From the NCBI RefSeq assembly GCF_018977255.1, contig NW_024704743.1, positions 83,082,001 through 83,146,000 on the forward strand: a DNA stretch of 64,000 bases, given 5' to 3'. Origin of the DNA: Callorhinchus milii (Eukaryota). Numbering within the stretch: the stretch's first letter is position 1; each line of letters begins with the position of its first letter. The translations under genes and the position numbers were made by a program. The notes under the pieces are model-generated. The model was not told the DNA's origin, searched no databases, and saw nothing but the letters and a program-made list of their open reading frames with translations. Below, in pieces: positions 51,950 to 62,419 of the stretch.

Positions 51950-52310
51950 AGGGCACATTTCACTGGCACCCCTCCCCCTGTAGTACTTTGGCCAAGCAGC
52001 CATTATTCATGTATGAGATTTGAAGGTGAATATCAGCAGCTATTCGATCATAGGAAGACTCCGCAGCCAAGTCTGATCTTGTCCTTGCCTCTAATGCCAC
52101 CTTCTAAACATCCACACACATGTACCTTCCAGCAGGGATCACCAGAGAGCAAGCATGGTGGAAACACTGGCTAATTTTCCCTTCCTTACCCCAGGGAGCT
52201 GAAAACGATCATCGCGCCCTCATTTCTACCCTATCTGAGATCAGCTAACTCAACGATTGAACCCAAGACTTTCTTAATCTGTAAGGCTCAACTGCTCATC
52301 GAGGCCAAGC
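51950..52310 (-). mobile_element. Ancient tRNA-derived SINE, AmnSINE2-like
   Basis: Reverse complement of gagttagctgatctcag...ccctggg..aaggaagggaaaattagccag...ccctgctggaag; homologous to 58540-58990. Confidence 0.6.
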
Positions 52311-52364
52311 TTCAACTGTTACTCCTTTCATTTTCCATATAGGAGTCATTCCACATATAGGATA

Positions 52365-52945
52365 TGTAGCTGAAATCCTCGACCACGCCTTTGTCATTTC
52401 CCAACTGGACTATTCTAATGCCCTTCTCGCTGGTCTCCCCAATTCCACCATACACAAAATCCAATTAATTCAAAACTCCACCATCCAGATACTCACCCGC
52501 ACGAAACTCCGTACCCCCATCACATCAGTTCGTACCAGGCTCCACTGGTTCCCAATCACCGAATGGATCGACTTCAAGAACCTCTCACTCGTGTTCAAAT
52601 CACCATGCCCTCACACCCCCTACCTATCCAACCTGCTTACCCTTCACTCCTCCTCCCGCTGCCTCAACTCGGCTGGCTCCGGCCTCCCATTTGTCCCTTG
52701 TGCCCTCCTCGGAGGCCGTGCCTACAGCCACTACGCCCCAAAACTCTGGAACTCACTCACTCCATCCCTCCGCCTTGCCCCCTCACTCCCCATCTTCAAA
52801 TCCTAAAGACCTTCCTTTTTGATCATACTTACGGTCACCTCCCCTTTCCCTCTCCCCTTGCCTTGTTGTCAGATTCCGCCACTGTGAAGCGCTCTGGGGC
52901 GCTACCCCATGTGAAGGGCACTATATAAATGCTAGTTGTTGTTGT
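52365..52945 (+). mobile_element. L2 LINE 3' fragment
   Basis: LDYSNALLAGLP...LHWFP...GGRAYSHYAPKLWNSL; tail (gtt)n. Confidence 0.9.
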
Positions 52946-53083
52946 ATGTATGCAGATGTGCAGATATGCCATATACAGCACACACACATACAGTATATGT
53001 ATGGTACACTGCATGTGGTTAATGTGTGGATAACTATGCATGAAATCAATAAAATCAATAAAATAAAATTCAAAGACACAGAA

Positions 53084-53292
53084 GAGTAAATTTTGCTATA
53101 TTTCTAAACAGATTTCTTAATTAAGAAAGAAATCTGTATGTCTGTCACCCAACCCAACTGGTAAGAATGCTGCTCAGTCTATTTTAGGAGTGGGTTCCCT
53201 TGAGCTGGAACGATGCTTGTGACTTACTTCTAGCGACTGGAAGGAGTCCCCACTAGGATTCCTTAATTAAGAAATATCGCAAAATTGACCCC
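53084..53292. mobile_element. MITE-like element (family P2)
   Basis: gagtaaattttgctatatttct versus the reverse complement of the right end, gggtcaattttgcgatatttct (19/22 identical). Confidence 0.65.
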
Positions 53293-54100
53293 TTAAAATA
53301 TGCAGTAAGTTGGGAAATTTTCATGCAAGGTATAGTCTGCCAGCTCTCACTGAGCAGGACTCACAAGTGACGAATGGCCACATGCGCCAGGAACCGAAGG
53401 GTGTCTGACTCCTGTGGGCTCTTACTCAGCACGCTAGAATCTTCAGAAGAGAAGGGGAGGACAATAGCAAAGGAAAATAATACTTTGTATGTCTAGAAGC
53501 TGCTAGCACCATTCGTGTAAAAATACTGTAGACACGCTACAAATCAGTAAACATATCGATAGTTTATATGATGAATATGATGAATATGGTGTATATGTGA
53601 TGTGCTTTGGGACGTCCTCCTAACATGAAAGATCCTATTTAAATGTAAATTGTATTATATGATTGTCAAGTGTCTTCACAGATAGAAAATACCAGTATAG
53701 AGGGAGATGGGCCCCGGTGGTTGAGGAGTATCTATTAATGTAGAGCTGACGTTTTTAAATGTATGTATTTTTAAATGTTTGAGTAGGATTTCTCCAGATT
53801 GAAAGTTCAAATTCCTCCTATTTTGTATTTACTTATCCCTATTGCTGTCCATATTTCATTATATTTCATATATTAATTGAGGTTGTTATACATAGCGGCC
53901 AGCCTGTAAATATTAGTAAGCATAATGCACACAGCTCAGTCACTAGGAATACACCACAGATGTGATGTGAGTACTGTAAATCGGGATTTTTTTTCCAGCC
54001 CTGCACAAACACAGCGGAAATAAATTGAGCGTGGAAAATTCCCGATCTACAGTGGATGGCTTTCCTTTTTGTCAAATTTTACTGTGATGTACTTCACTCT

Positions 54101-54309
54101 TTTATTCACATTATGCCTACATAAATCCACTTTACCAAAGCTGCATGAACACTCTCAATGCAATAATGCGACTGATTTATCTGGGCCACTATATCAGCAG
54201 AGCTGTGGTTCAGACTGAGCTATCGCTGTGTATTACCAAATCTCAGAGAAGCCTTTAGCAGCATCTCACACAGAGGTTTCATTAATTTTTGCTCTTCAAC
54301 TTTTTTATT
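54101..54309 (-). terminator. Candidate poly(A) signals for PTGR3: minus-strand AATAAA at 54309-54304 and 54106-54101, with a more distal one at 51215-51210
   Basis: TTTATT hexamers on the + strand downstream of the stop. Which one is used cannot be told from sequence. Confidence 0.3.
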
Positions 54310-54594
54310 TTACAATAGGCGGACATAGTGAGAATAATGGACAGATGGGGCTGAATGGATTTAAAGAGTCCTTAAGGGTTTGCAATCTGTGGGATTTAGG
54401 AAATGTCGGGTTTGCACTGTACATTATAGGGTTTTGCTAACCAAATTGTAGGTGGTTGAGACCTATTAAGAAATATCTCAAATCCCTTCCAAGTCAATGT
54501 CAAACATCTTTAATGGTAACTACCTGACACCCAATCTGAGGTTCACAAATATTATTCACAAATATCATTTTGGAGTTTGTATATTAACATCCCA

Positions 54595-54711
54595 TTACAG
54601 ATTAGCCCTTACTGGCTGTGGCAGCTCTTGTATAATTTCTCCAATATTTTTTCTCCAATTAAAGGTGATCAATCTACAGCTTGGCAGCCAAGACTCCAAC
54701 CCTACGAATCT
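54595..54711 (-). pseudogene. Diverged tandem duplicate of the last 37 codons of PTGR3, within the 3' UTR
   Basis: Aligns to 54829..54719. Reads RFVGLESWLPSCRLITFNWRKNIGEIIQELPQPVRANL* versus [36 protein letters not shown]. Confidence 0.9.
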
Positions 54712-54718
54712 TAACCAG

Positions 54719-55643
54719 TTACAATTTAGCCTTTACTGGCTGCGGGAGCTCTACCACTATTTTCCCAATATTTTTCCCCAGGTAAAGGTAATCTACAGCT
54801 TGGTAGATGGACTCCAACCCCACAAATCTGCCTTCTGGGGCCTGGTCTCCCCTATCAACTTCACAGACCAATTCACCTCTCTCATACATCTCCATCAGGT
54901 GCTTCAGACCAGCCTGATACTGAGAGGGATAATGAAGCAGGAAGAAGCCACGTACGCTGGCGGACTTCTGGAGTAATTTTAGTGCCAGATTATCTACTTC
55001 CACAGCCTTGAGGCCCCCAGGGTTTTGATAGGACGAAATAAAGCCGATGAGCAGAAGACGTCCTTTGATGGCCAAGCAGTTGACAGCCAGCTTGAACATG
55101 TCGCCTCCCACCGACTCATAGACCACGTCCAGTCCTTCCGGGTATTCCTTTCGAAGAACTTCAGCGACGTTCTCAGTTTTGTAGTTAATGGGGCGATCGC
55201 AGTCTATGGATTTCAGAAAACTGACCTTTTCATCCGAAGAGCAGGTGCCAATTACATGACACTTTGCCTTCTTGGCCAGTTGCACAGCAAACTGACCAGT
55301 GCCACCAGCAGCTGCCGTCACCAAAACCTTCTGACCCTCAGACAGTGCTCCCAGCTCCTTCAGACTGATATAAGCTGTTGTGGCACTGAGCAGCAGAGTG
55401 AGGAACTCGGGCTTAACGGATGGTACCCAGACTGCTTTTTTGGTTGGCACTATTACATATTCAGCGAAGGCCCCGGGTGCCATATAGGCCACAGACTGGC
55501 CCACAGCATAATTGGCACTGGCACTCAGACCTAGGCCTACCACTTCCCCAATTCCCTCAAACCCAATGCCAAATGGAGGCCGAAGGGAAGGATCGTATTG
55601 CCCAGCAGCGTAGTTGATGTCAGACGCATTGATGCCAACAAAT
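54719..55643 (-). CDS. PTGR3: Prostaglandin reductase 3 / zinc-binding alcohol dehydrogenase domain-containing 2 (MDR superfamily), terminal coding exon; C-terminal PTS1-type AKL
   Basis: Acceptor ttcttccatttttctgtttgatccag|A (AG at 55645-55644). It is followed by an open frame [38 protein letters not shown]...[19 protein letters not shown]...[18 protein letters not shown] (307 codons + TAA). This closely matches my recollection of the human ZADH2 last exon, which also starts at FVG and ends SKL. Confidence 0.96.
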
Positions 55644-55864
55644 CTGGATCAAACAGAAAAATGGAAGAATCAGTCACTTAAGATTTTCCAATAAGTGCAG
55701 TGAGCTACGCTAGTTAACACTGGGGTGAAATTTTATTTAGTCGAACAACTGCTGTGAAACATCACAAATTTTATTCCATAATGAAATACAGAGCAACATC
55801 ATATTTTCTTACATTAGGTATATTGTATGTGATATTATATTGTACATTATGTTATCAAATATGT

Positions 55865-56180
55865 GGAGTCCTGTAGCTCATTGGTTAGAGCGCTCCCCTC
55901 ACAAGCGAGAGACCTGGGTTCAATTCCCGGCAGAGCGAAACTTTGGGCGAGTTTCCTTACTCCACACACCTGATAATAACCAAGAAAAAAACCCAATAAT
56001 AATTTGGTCACTTCAATCCACGACTGTTTGTGGGACACTGGTGTGCGCAATTGGCTGCCACGTTTCGTCCACAAAAATGCAGTCAATTCACTTTACAGTA
56101 TAGTCTGTGAAGCACTTTGAGACGTCTAGCAGACGTGAAAAGCGCTATATCAAATTCAAAGAGTATTATTACTATTATTA
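55865..56180 (+). mobile_element. Family A SINE (short-body variant)
   Basis: ggagtcctgtagctcattggttagag...ggttcaattcccggcagagcgaaac; (tta)n tail. Confidence 0.92.
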
Positions 56181-56387
56181 TGAAGTAAGTCATACATATA
56201 TTTAGCAGCCAGCCGTGGTCTTTTTACATTGCATTGTATTTTGGAGTGTATATGAAACATTATATTTCATAAGGTAAAGTCACACTTTTGACACTGTTTC
56301 TGTTGGTTATGTTTGATGATATATATAATGTTAGCTGATGGCATTGTCCATTGGGTTGTTACATATGCTGCTAATTTATATTCTATT

Positions 56388-57797
56388 ACGGTCTGGCCAC
56401 AATCTTTCAATCCTCCTTGGACACCAGGGTGGGGCCAGAGGACTGGAGGGTTGCAAATGTTATTCCCTGTAGAAAATGAAGCAGAAGGATAAACTCGGGA
56501 ACTACAAGCCAGTCAACTTAATGTCATTAGTGGGGAAACTTCTAGAGACTATAATCCAGGACAAAATAAATTTTCACTTAGAAAAATATGGGTTAATAAA
56601 GAACAGCCAACGGATTTGTTAAAGGAAACCGTGTCTAACAAACCTGATAAGAGTTTTTTGATGAAGTAACAGAGAGGGTGGATGAAGGTAGTGCAGTTGA
56701 TGTAATCCATATAGATTTTCAAAAGGGGTTTGATAAAATGCCACATAAGCGACATGTAAGCAAAATAGAAGCCCACAGTATCAAAAGGACAGTGGCAGCA
56801 TGAATACAGAACTGGCTGGGAAACAGAAAGTGAAGAGTTGTGGTGAATGGTTGTTTTTCTGACTGGAGGGAAGTGTGCAGTGGTGTCCCCCAGGGGTCAG
56901 TATTGGGACCACTGTTTTTTTGATCTATATAAATGTCCTGGACTTAGGTATAGAGAGTACAATTTCCAAATTTGCAGATGATACTAAACTAGGAAAAGTA
57001 GTAAACAGTGAGGAGGATAGGAGTGGACTGCAAGAGGACATAGACAGACTGGTAAAATGGGCAAACACGTGGCAGATGAAGTTTAATGTGGATAACTGCA
57101 AAGTGATGCATTTTGGGAGGAAGAATGAGGAGGCAATATAAGCTGATGGTACAATCTTAAAGTGGGTGAAGGAACAGAGACCTGAGGGTTCATATAAATA
57201 AATCTCTGAAGGTGGCAGGACAGGTAGATAAAGCTGTTAAAAAAAAAGCATGCGGAATACTAAGCTTTATAAATAGCGTCAAAGAATACAAAAGTCAGGA
57301 AGTTGTGATAAACCTTTATAAAATACTGGTTTTAACCTCAGCTAGAATACTGTTTTCAGTTCTGGACACCACACTTTAGGAAGGATGTCAAGGCATTGGA
57401 GACGGTGCAAAAGAGATTTACTAAGATGGTACCAGGTACGAGGGACTTCAGTTATGAGGAGAGCCTAGAGAAGCTGGGATTATTCTCCTTGGAGTAGAGA
57501 AGGTTAAGAGGAGACTTAATAGAAGTTTTCAAAATTATGAGGGGATTCAATAGGGTCAACAATTTTTTTCATACGAGTTGTTCATGTCTGGAATGCATTG
57601 CCTGAAAGGGTGGTGGAACCTGATTCAATAACAATCTTTAAGAGAGAAGCAGATAATTATTTGGGGAGGACAAGTTTGTAGGGTTATGGGGAGAGCACGG
57701 GTTGTGGGATTGATTTGGATAGCTCTTTTAAAAGAACCAGCAGACACGATGGGCCAAATGGCCTTCTTTTGTGATGTATAATTCTACGATTTTATGA
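56388..57797 (+). mobile_element. CR1 LINE, decayed RT domain through 3' end, with an internal deletion near 57560
   Basis: EDWRVANV, GNYKPV, SGVPQGSVLGP, YINVLDLGIESTISKFADDTKLG and LQEDIDRLVKWANTWQMKFNVDNCKVMHFG, with stops and frameshifts; attctacg/attttatg tail. Confidence 0.95.
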
Positions 57798-58539
57798 GCA
57801 GTGTAAGCAGCAATCAGAAATGTATTATTAATAATTATTAATAATCCTTGCATTTTTTATAGTGCCTTTCATATCAGGGGGATGTCTCAAAGTGCTACAC
57901 AGGATTTACTGTACACTGTATTTTTTAGGTGAATTTCCAAGATGACAGCTGAGGGGTGCAGTGTCGTGAAGTGCTTGGTGGACAGGTCAGTGCATTTTTG
58001 GCAAATGAAGTTTGCGACATTTACACAAGAAAGATGTTAAGAAATGTTGCAATCTTTACTTCAATCTGCTGCATTTTCTTGTACTGTTGCTGCAGTTTAT
58101 TGCCCACAAATATACAATCAATTCATTTTACAATATATTCTGCGAAGCGCTTTGAGACGTCTAGAAGACGTGAAAAGCTCTATATCAAATGCAAGGATTA
58201 TTATCATTATTATTATAAAAGGTAACTATCTTTACTCTATTATTCTGTGGATGTCTTAATAATTATTATGCTTTTGCTAACGGCAGTGATGTTTGACTGT
58301 CTGCATTCCCAACCAGATCTTTGAAATTTCGTTTCAATTGTTAGTGTCAAGTTCTGCCACTATTAAGCACTCCGAGATGCTACAAGCATAAAGGGTGCTA
58401 CATAAGTGCAAGCTGTTGGTTAAAAATAAATAGTGCATCCATCATAATTTACAATTAATTGCTAATTGAAATCAAACTTCAATCTTGAAATACTTGTTGT
58501 TATCGATATATATTAATAGAATTAAAAAAGCAGCATGTC

Positions 58540-58990
58540 CCCTCTGATGGTCAAGTAGCTAATGACATTGTATGCACTGCAGCACAAAGCCACGCACACC
58601 ATCAGAAGGTTGTAGGTTCTGTGCTAAACTGATTGATCTCAACAGGAGCAACAGTTGGGACACTACAATTGGCCTTAGTTCCCTGAGATAACAAAAATAA
58701 ATTTGCCGGGTTTCTGGCCCCAATCATTATCCAGTGATGCCTAAATGTAAAGTGCAAATGTGCAAATAACAACTTGCCTTTATATAGCACTCTTCATAAC
58801 ATTTTGGAATACTTCACAGAGGTGGGGTTGGTTGCGGGGTTGGAGAGGCTGTAGGACTGTTGGCAAGAACGGGATTGGGCTTTTCTCTGATGCCTTCCAT
58901 GACCAAATAGTTTGCCGACTTACAAATGCAAAACATCCATTCTTTTGATCTGCTGGAAGGCTCCTGGTGCCTTTGGAGCCTAACCTCAAC
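58540..58990 (+). mobile_element. AmnSINE2-like ancient SINE with an antisense L2 tail insert (~58765-58850)
   Basis: ctgtgctaaactgattgatctcaac...ggacactacaattggcctta...attatccagtga...gggattgggc....tgatgcc. Confidence 0.6.
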
Positions 58991-59422
58991 TTCAGTCAAT
59001 GGCTTTCGGAGACGATAAACGTAGAATCTCCGTCTTGTGAATAATTAATTGGTAATTAAGATCAGGATTATTTGTGGCCAGTGTGAATGTAAATGGCTGT
59101 TGTATTTGCCTACAAAATCTGTTCACTATAACCAGCCTTTGTTTTGGTCTGACACATTTCTAAACCCATCACCATGTTTAAGGGTATACAATCCAGACAG
59201 AGAGAGCCATGCATTCCACTTACTCACACAAATTTCCTGTGAAGTGCTTTGAGATATTTCAACATGATAAAAATCTATAAAAATGCAAGTTTTTTTTCTT
59301 TCTTAGGGCGATATCAGAACAGCTGATTTATGCCACTGCATTGGCAGAAAGTGTGTTGGGGGTACTGCTGAGGTTTAACCAGCTAAAACCACATAGCTTG
59401 CCATTGAAAGTTTCCCGCAATT

Positions 59423-59732
59423 TATAATAATAATCCTTGCATTTGATATAGCAGTTTTTCATGTCTTCCAGACGTCTCAAAGTGCTTCACAGAATATACT
59501 GTAAAGTGAATTGCTGTATATTTGTGGGTGAAATGTGGCAGCCAATTGCGCACAGCAGTGTCCCACAAACAGTCGCGGATTGAAGTGACTAATTTATTAT
59601 TCATTTTTCTTGAGGGATTATTATCAGGCATGTGGAGTAAGGAAACTTGCCCAAGGTTTGGCTCTGCCGGGAATCGAACCCAGGTCTCTCGCTTGCGAGG
59701 CGAGTGCTCTAACCACTGAGCTACAGGACTCC
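59423..59732 (-). mobile_element. Family A SINE with an intact tRNA-like head
   Basis: The head reads GGAGTCCTGTAGCTCAGTGGTTAGAGCACTCGCCTCGCAAGCGAGAGACCTGGGTTCGATTCCCGGCAGAGCC on the minus strand. Confidence 0.93.
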
Positions 59733-60752
59733 ACTCAGGACTCAAGGTGGTCCTAACTTGTCTAGTTCGGACGAGAAGGGTAACTATGACTAAAACAAGC
59801 CCTACGCTATAGATTGAGATTGTCTAAATTGGCTGCTTGAGACTACAAGTGCTTATGATAAAAGCCTTAAGATATGTCTACAATTGTTTCCCAAATTAAA
59901 TAAACCGTGGCCTGTTGGAAAAGACTCTGAATATTGCTAGACAATCTGTGCTGTAAAGCACATCATAGTCAGGCACTTTGAGGAGACAGAATAGTCGGGA
60001 GACCACATTGTGTCACTGAATAAAATATTTCTGTGTCAAGAAGTTTTCTCTGAAGGAACTGGCGGAAAACAAAGCATGATTACATGGTATGTTTTACATT
60101 ACATGTGACGAGATACATTACATCTCGTCACATTCTGTCTTATGTAATGTTTCATTATATTATTTAGTAACAATAACTCCAGTACAAGGCTTCCTTAGAC
60201 TTAATATTTTATGCCTTGAGCACTTATGTTCTCAAGCAGCCAAAGGTTCTCAACCTTTAGACCATTTCAATCCATGGCCCAGGGCTGGTTACAGTCAAAG
60301 TGAAATGTAAATATTGAATCCACACCGGTGTTTTAAATGGCAGGCTTTGCAGTTCTACATGGTTAAACTCCAGCAGTCACCATGCTTAAGTGTATCCAAA
60401 CCAAAGTGAGAGTTCCATACCTCCCACCTACACAAGGAAATTCACATGTTTGGAATGGAATCCACACTCTCTCCCTGGAGGGATAATCTTGCTTACCTAA
60501 TTTCAGAGAGCATTAGGCACAGGTTGACACGAGCCAAGGCTTGGGACCCCAAAATGTGTGTTGGGATACTGCTCGAGTCTAACCAGCTGAAACCATATAG
60601 CTTGCCATTGAAAGTCCTGTCTGGTAAGCTTTCCTGCTGCTTGTCCATCTTAGACTACCCTACCAGTTATGGCTTTGGCTTGTAGGGTTAAAAGGAACTG
60701 AATGGGAAGAATCTCTGCCCCCACTCATTGGTCTGCCCTTTCAAATCCTATG

Positions 60753-61443
60753 TGGATTCCTGTAGCTCAGTGGTTAGAGCACTGGCCTCGCAAGCAAGAG
60801 ACCTGGGTTCAATTCCCGGTAATAATAATAATCCTTGCATTTGATATAGCGCTTTTCACGTCTTCTAGACGTCCCAAAGCGCTTCACAGAATATACTGTA
60901 AAGTGAATTGACTGTATATTTGTGGGCGAACGCGGCAGCCAATTGCGCACAGCAGTGTCCCACAAACAGTCGTAGATTGAAAATGACCAATTTATTATTG
61001 TTTTTTGTTTTGGCGGGATTATTAGGCGAGTGGAGTAAGGAAACTTGCCCAAGGTTTCGCCCTGCCTGGAATTGAACTCAGGTCTCTCGCTTGCAAAGCA
61101 AGTGCTCTAACCACTTAGTACTTAGTACTTAGTACTCCATGGTAGGGCAAAATGTTAGGCAAGTTTCCTCACTCCACACATCTCTGTTTACCTAGCATTA
61201 TGTAGGAACCCGGTTGTTAGTCGATTGGCGGATCGCTTTTCCGGGGGTAATAATTCCTTAAAAAATAATGTTTTAAGGCCACTTAATCCACGACTCTTTG
61301 TGGGACACTGCTGTGCGCAATTGACTGCTGCATTTCACCCACAAAACATACAGTCAATTCACTTTACAGTATATTCTGCAAAGCACTTCGAGATGTCTTG
61401 ACGACGTGATAAGGCGCAACATCAAATGTAAGCATTATTATTG
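60753..61443 (+). mobile_element. Family A SINE with a second family A SINE inserted in opposite orientation (60820-61140)
   Basis: The head ends ...ggttcaattcccgg, the inverted copy follows, and the host resumes ggtagggcaaaatgttaggcaagtttcc. Confidence 0.88.
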
Positions 61444-62419
61444 ATGAGCCAGCCTGGCAGTGCTGTCATCAGCAGTGTCCTGGAATACTCAGGACCTGCC
61501 TGGCTCAGGTACCAGACTACAGAGACTACCACAGAGGGTTGGCTCGATTCTGATATTCCGTTGCCAAGCATGTCACCACCTTAGAACCAGTTCAGCTCCA
61601 AGGAAACCCCACTTACCTCCACCCCCATCTCACATGGATAGTCATGAGTTGGTCATTTGACATCCAATAAGCATGGGTTTGTGCTCAGTGTTCCGAGGCG
61701 CTACCCTATGTGCAGGGCGTTATATAAATACAAGTTGCTGTTGTTGTTTGAGTCCTTACTAAGTGGATAACAGGATGGATGGCACGCAGAATGGTAGACA
61801 CACATACGACATGCAAAAGCCACTGTATCATTTTGTATTATAATACTATGGCTGGGAGTTTGCCAGAGCAATTCCTATACAGGGTTGAGGTCATTTCTTT
61901 AGTCTTGGTCCTGCAGTTTGACTGGATTAAAGGTTGTGAACCAAGAAGTCCATCCTATAAAAGCTGGAGTAGGTGATTGGAGTGAGGGGTTAGCAAAGTC
62001 CTTGCATGACTCAGGAGGGGTATTTTCCTGTTTTGATCAGCTGATGACTCTGATTCTGGTTTTGAGCCACATTTCTACCAGTGTAGCTGACAGCTTGCAT
62101 TACGTCCTTGATGTATGTTGACACTCACCAAAGACTATTAGTTAATTGTTACATCGACAAAAAGAGTATTAATGACTTGTAATGTGTACTTGCCATATTA
62201 TTTTGCAGTAATCAGCTGTTGATTATTTCATGATAAACGCTCAGCGATTACATCACCACCGTTAATCCTTCTTCATACATCAATGACATGGAGTGTGCTG
62301 GCTGCCCTCCACCACACTAACAGCTGCTGCAACAGCGCATCAAGCATAGAGTGCACGTTCCTCCCTTCACCACATCCTGAGATACCGCGCTCGTTTTACC
62401 TGCCTCGGAAGTATAATAA

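Noticed and set aside
54497..55617. Plus-strand ORFs of 159, 169 and 65 aa overlapping PTGR3
   Set aside because: Antisense shadows of the real exon and its duplicate; no recognisable protein features.
56388..57797. Functional reverse transcriptase gene
   Set aside because: Multiple stops and frameshifts, 5' truncation and an internal deletion; a dead CR1 copy.
59778..59792. gtaactatgact, resembling the 28S rRNA segment near the I-PpoI/R2 site
   Set aside because: Only ~12 nt match, with no flanking rRNA similarity.
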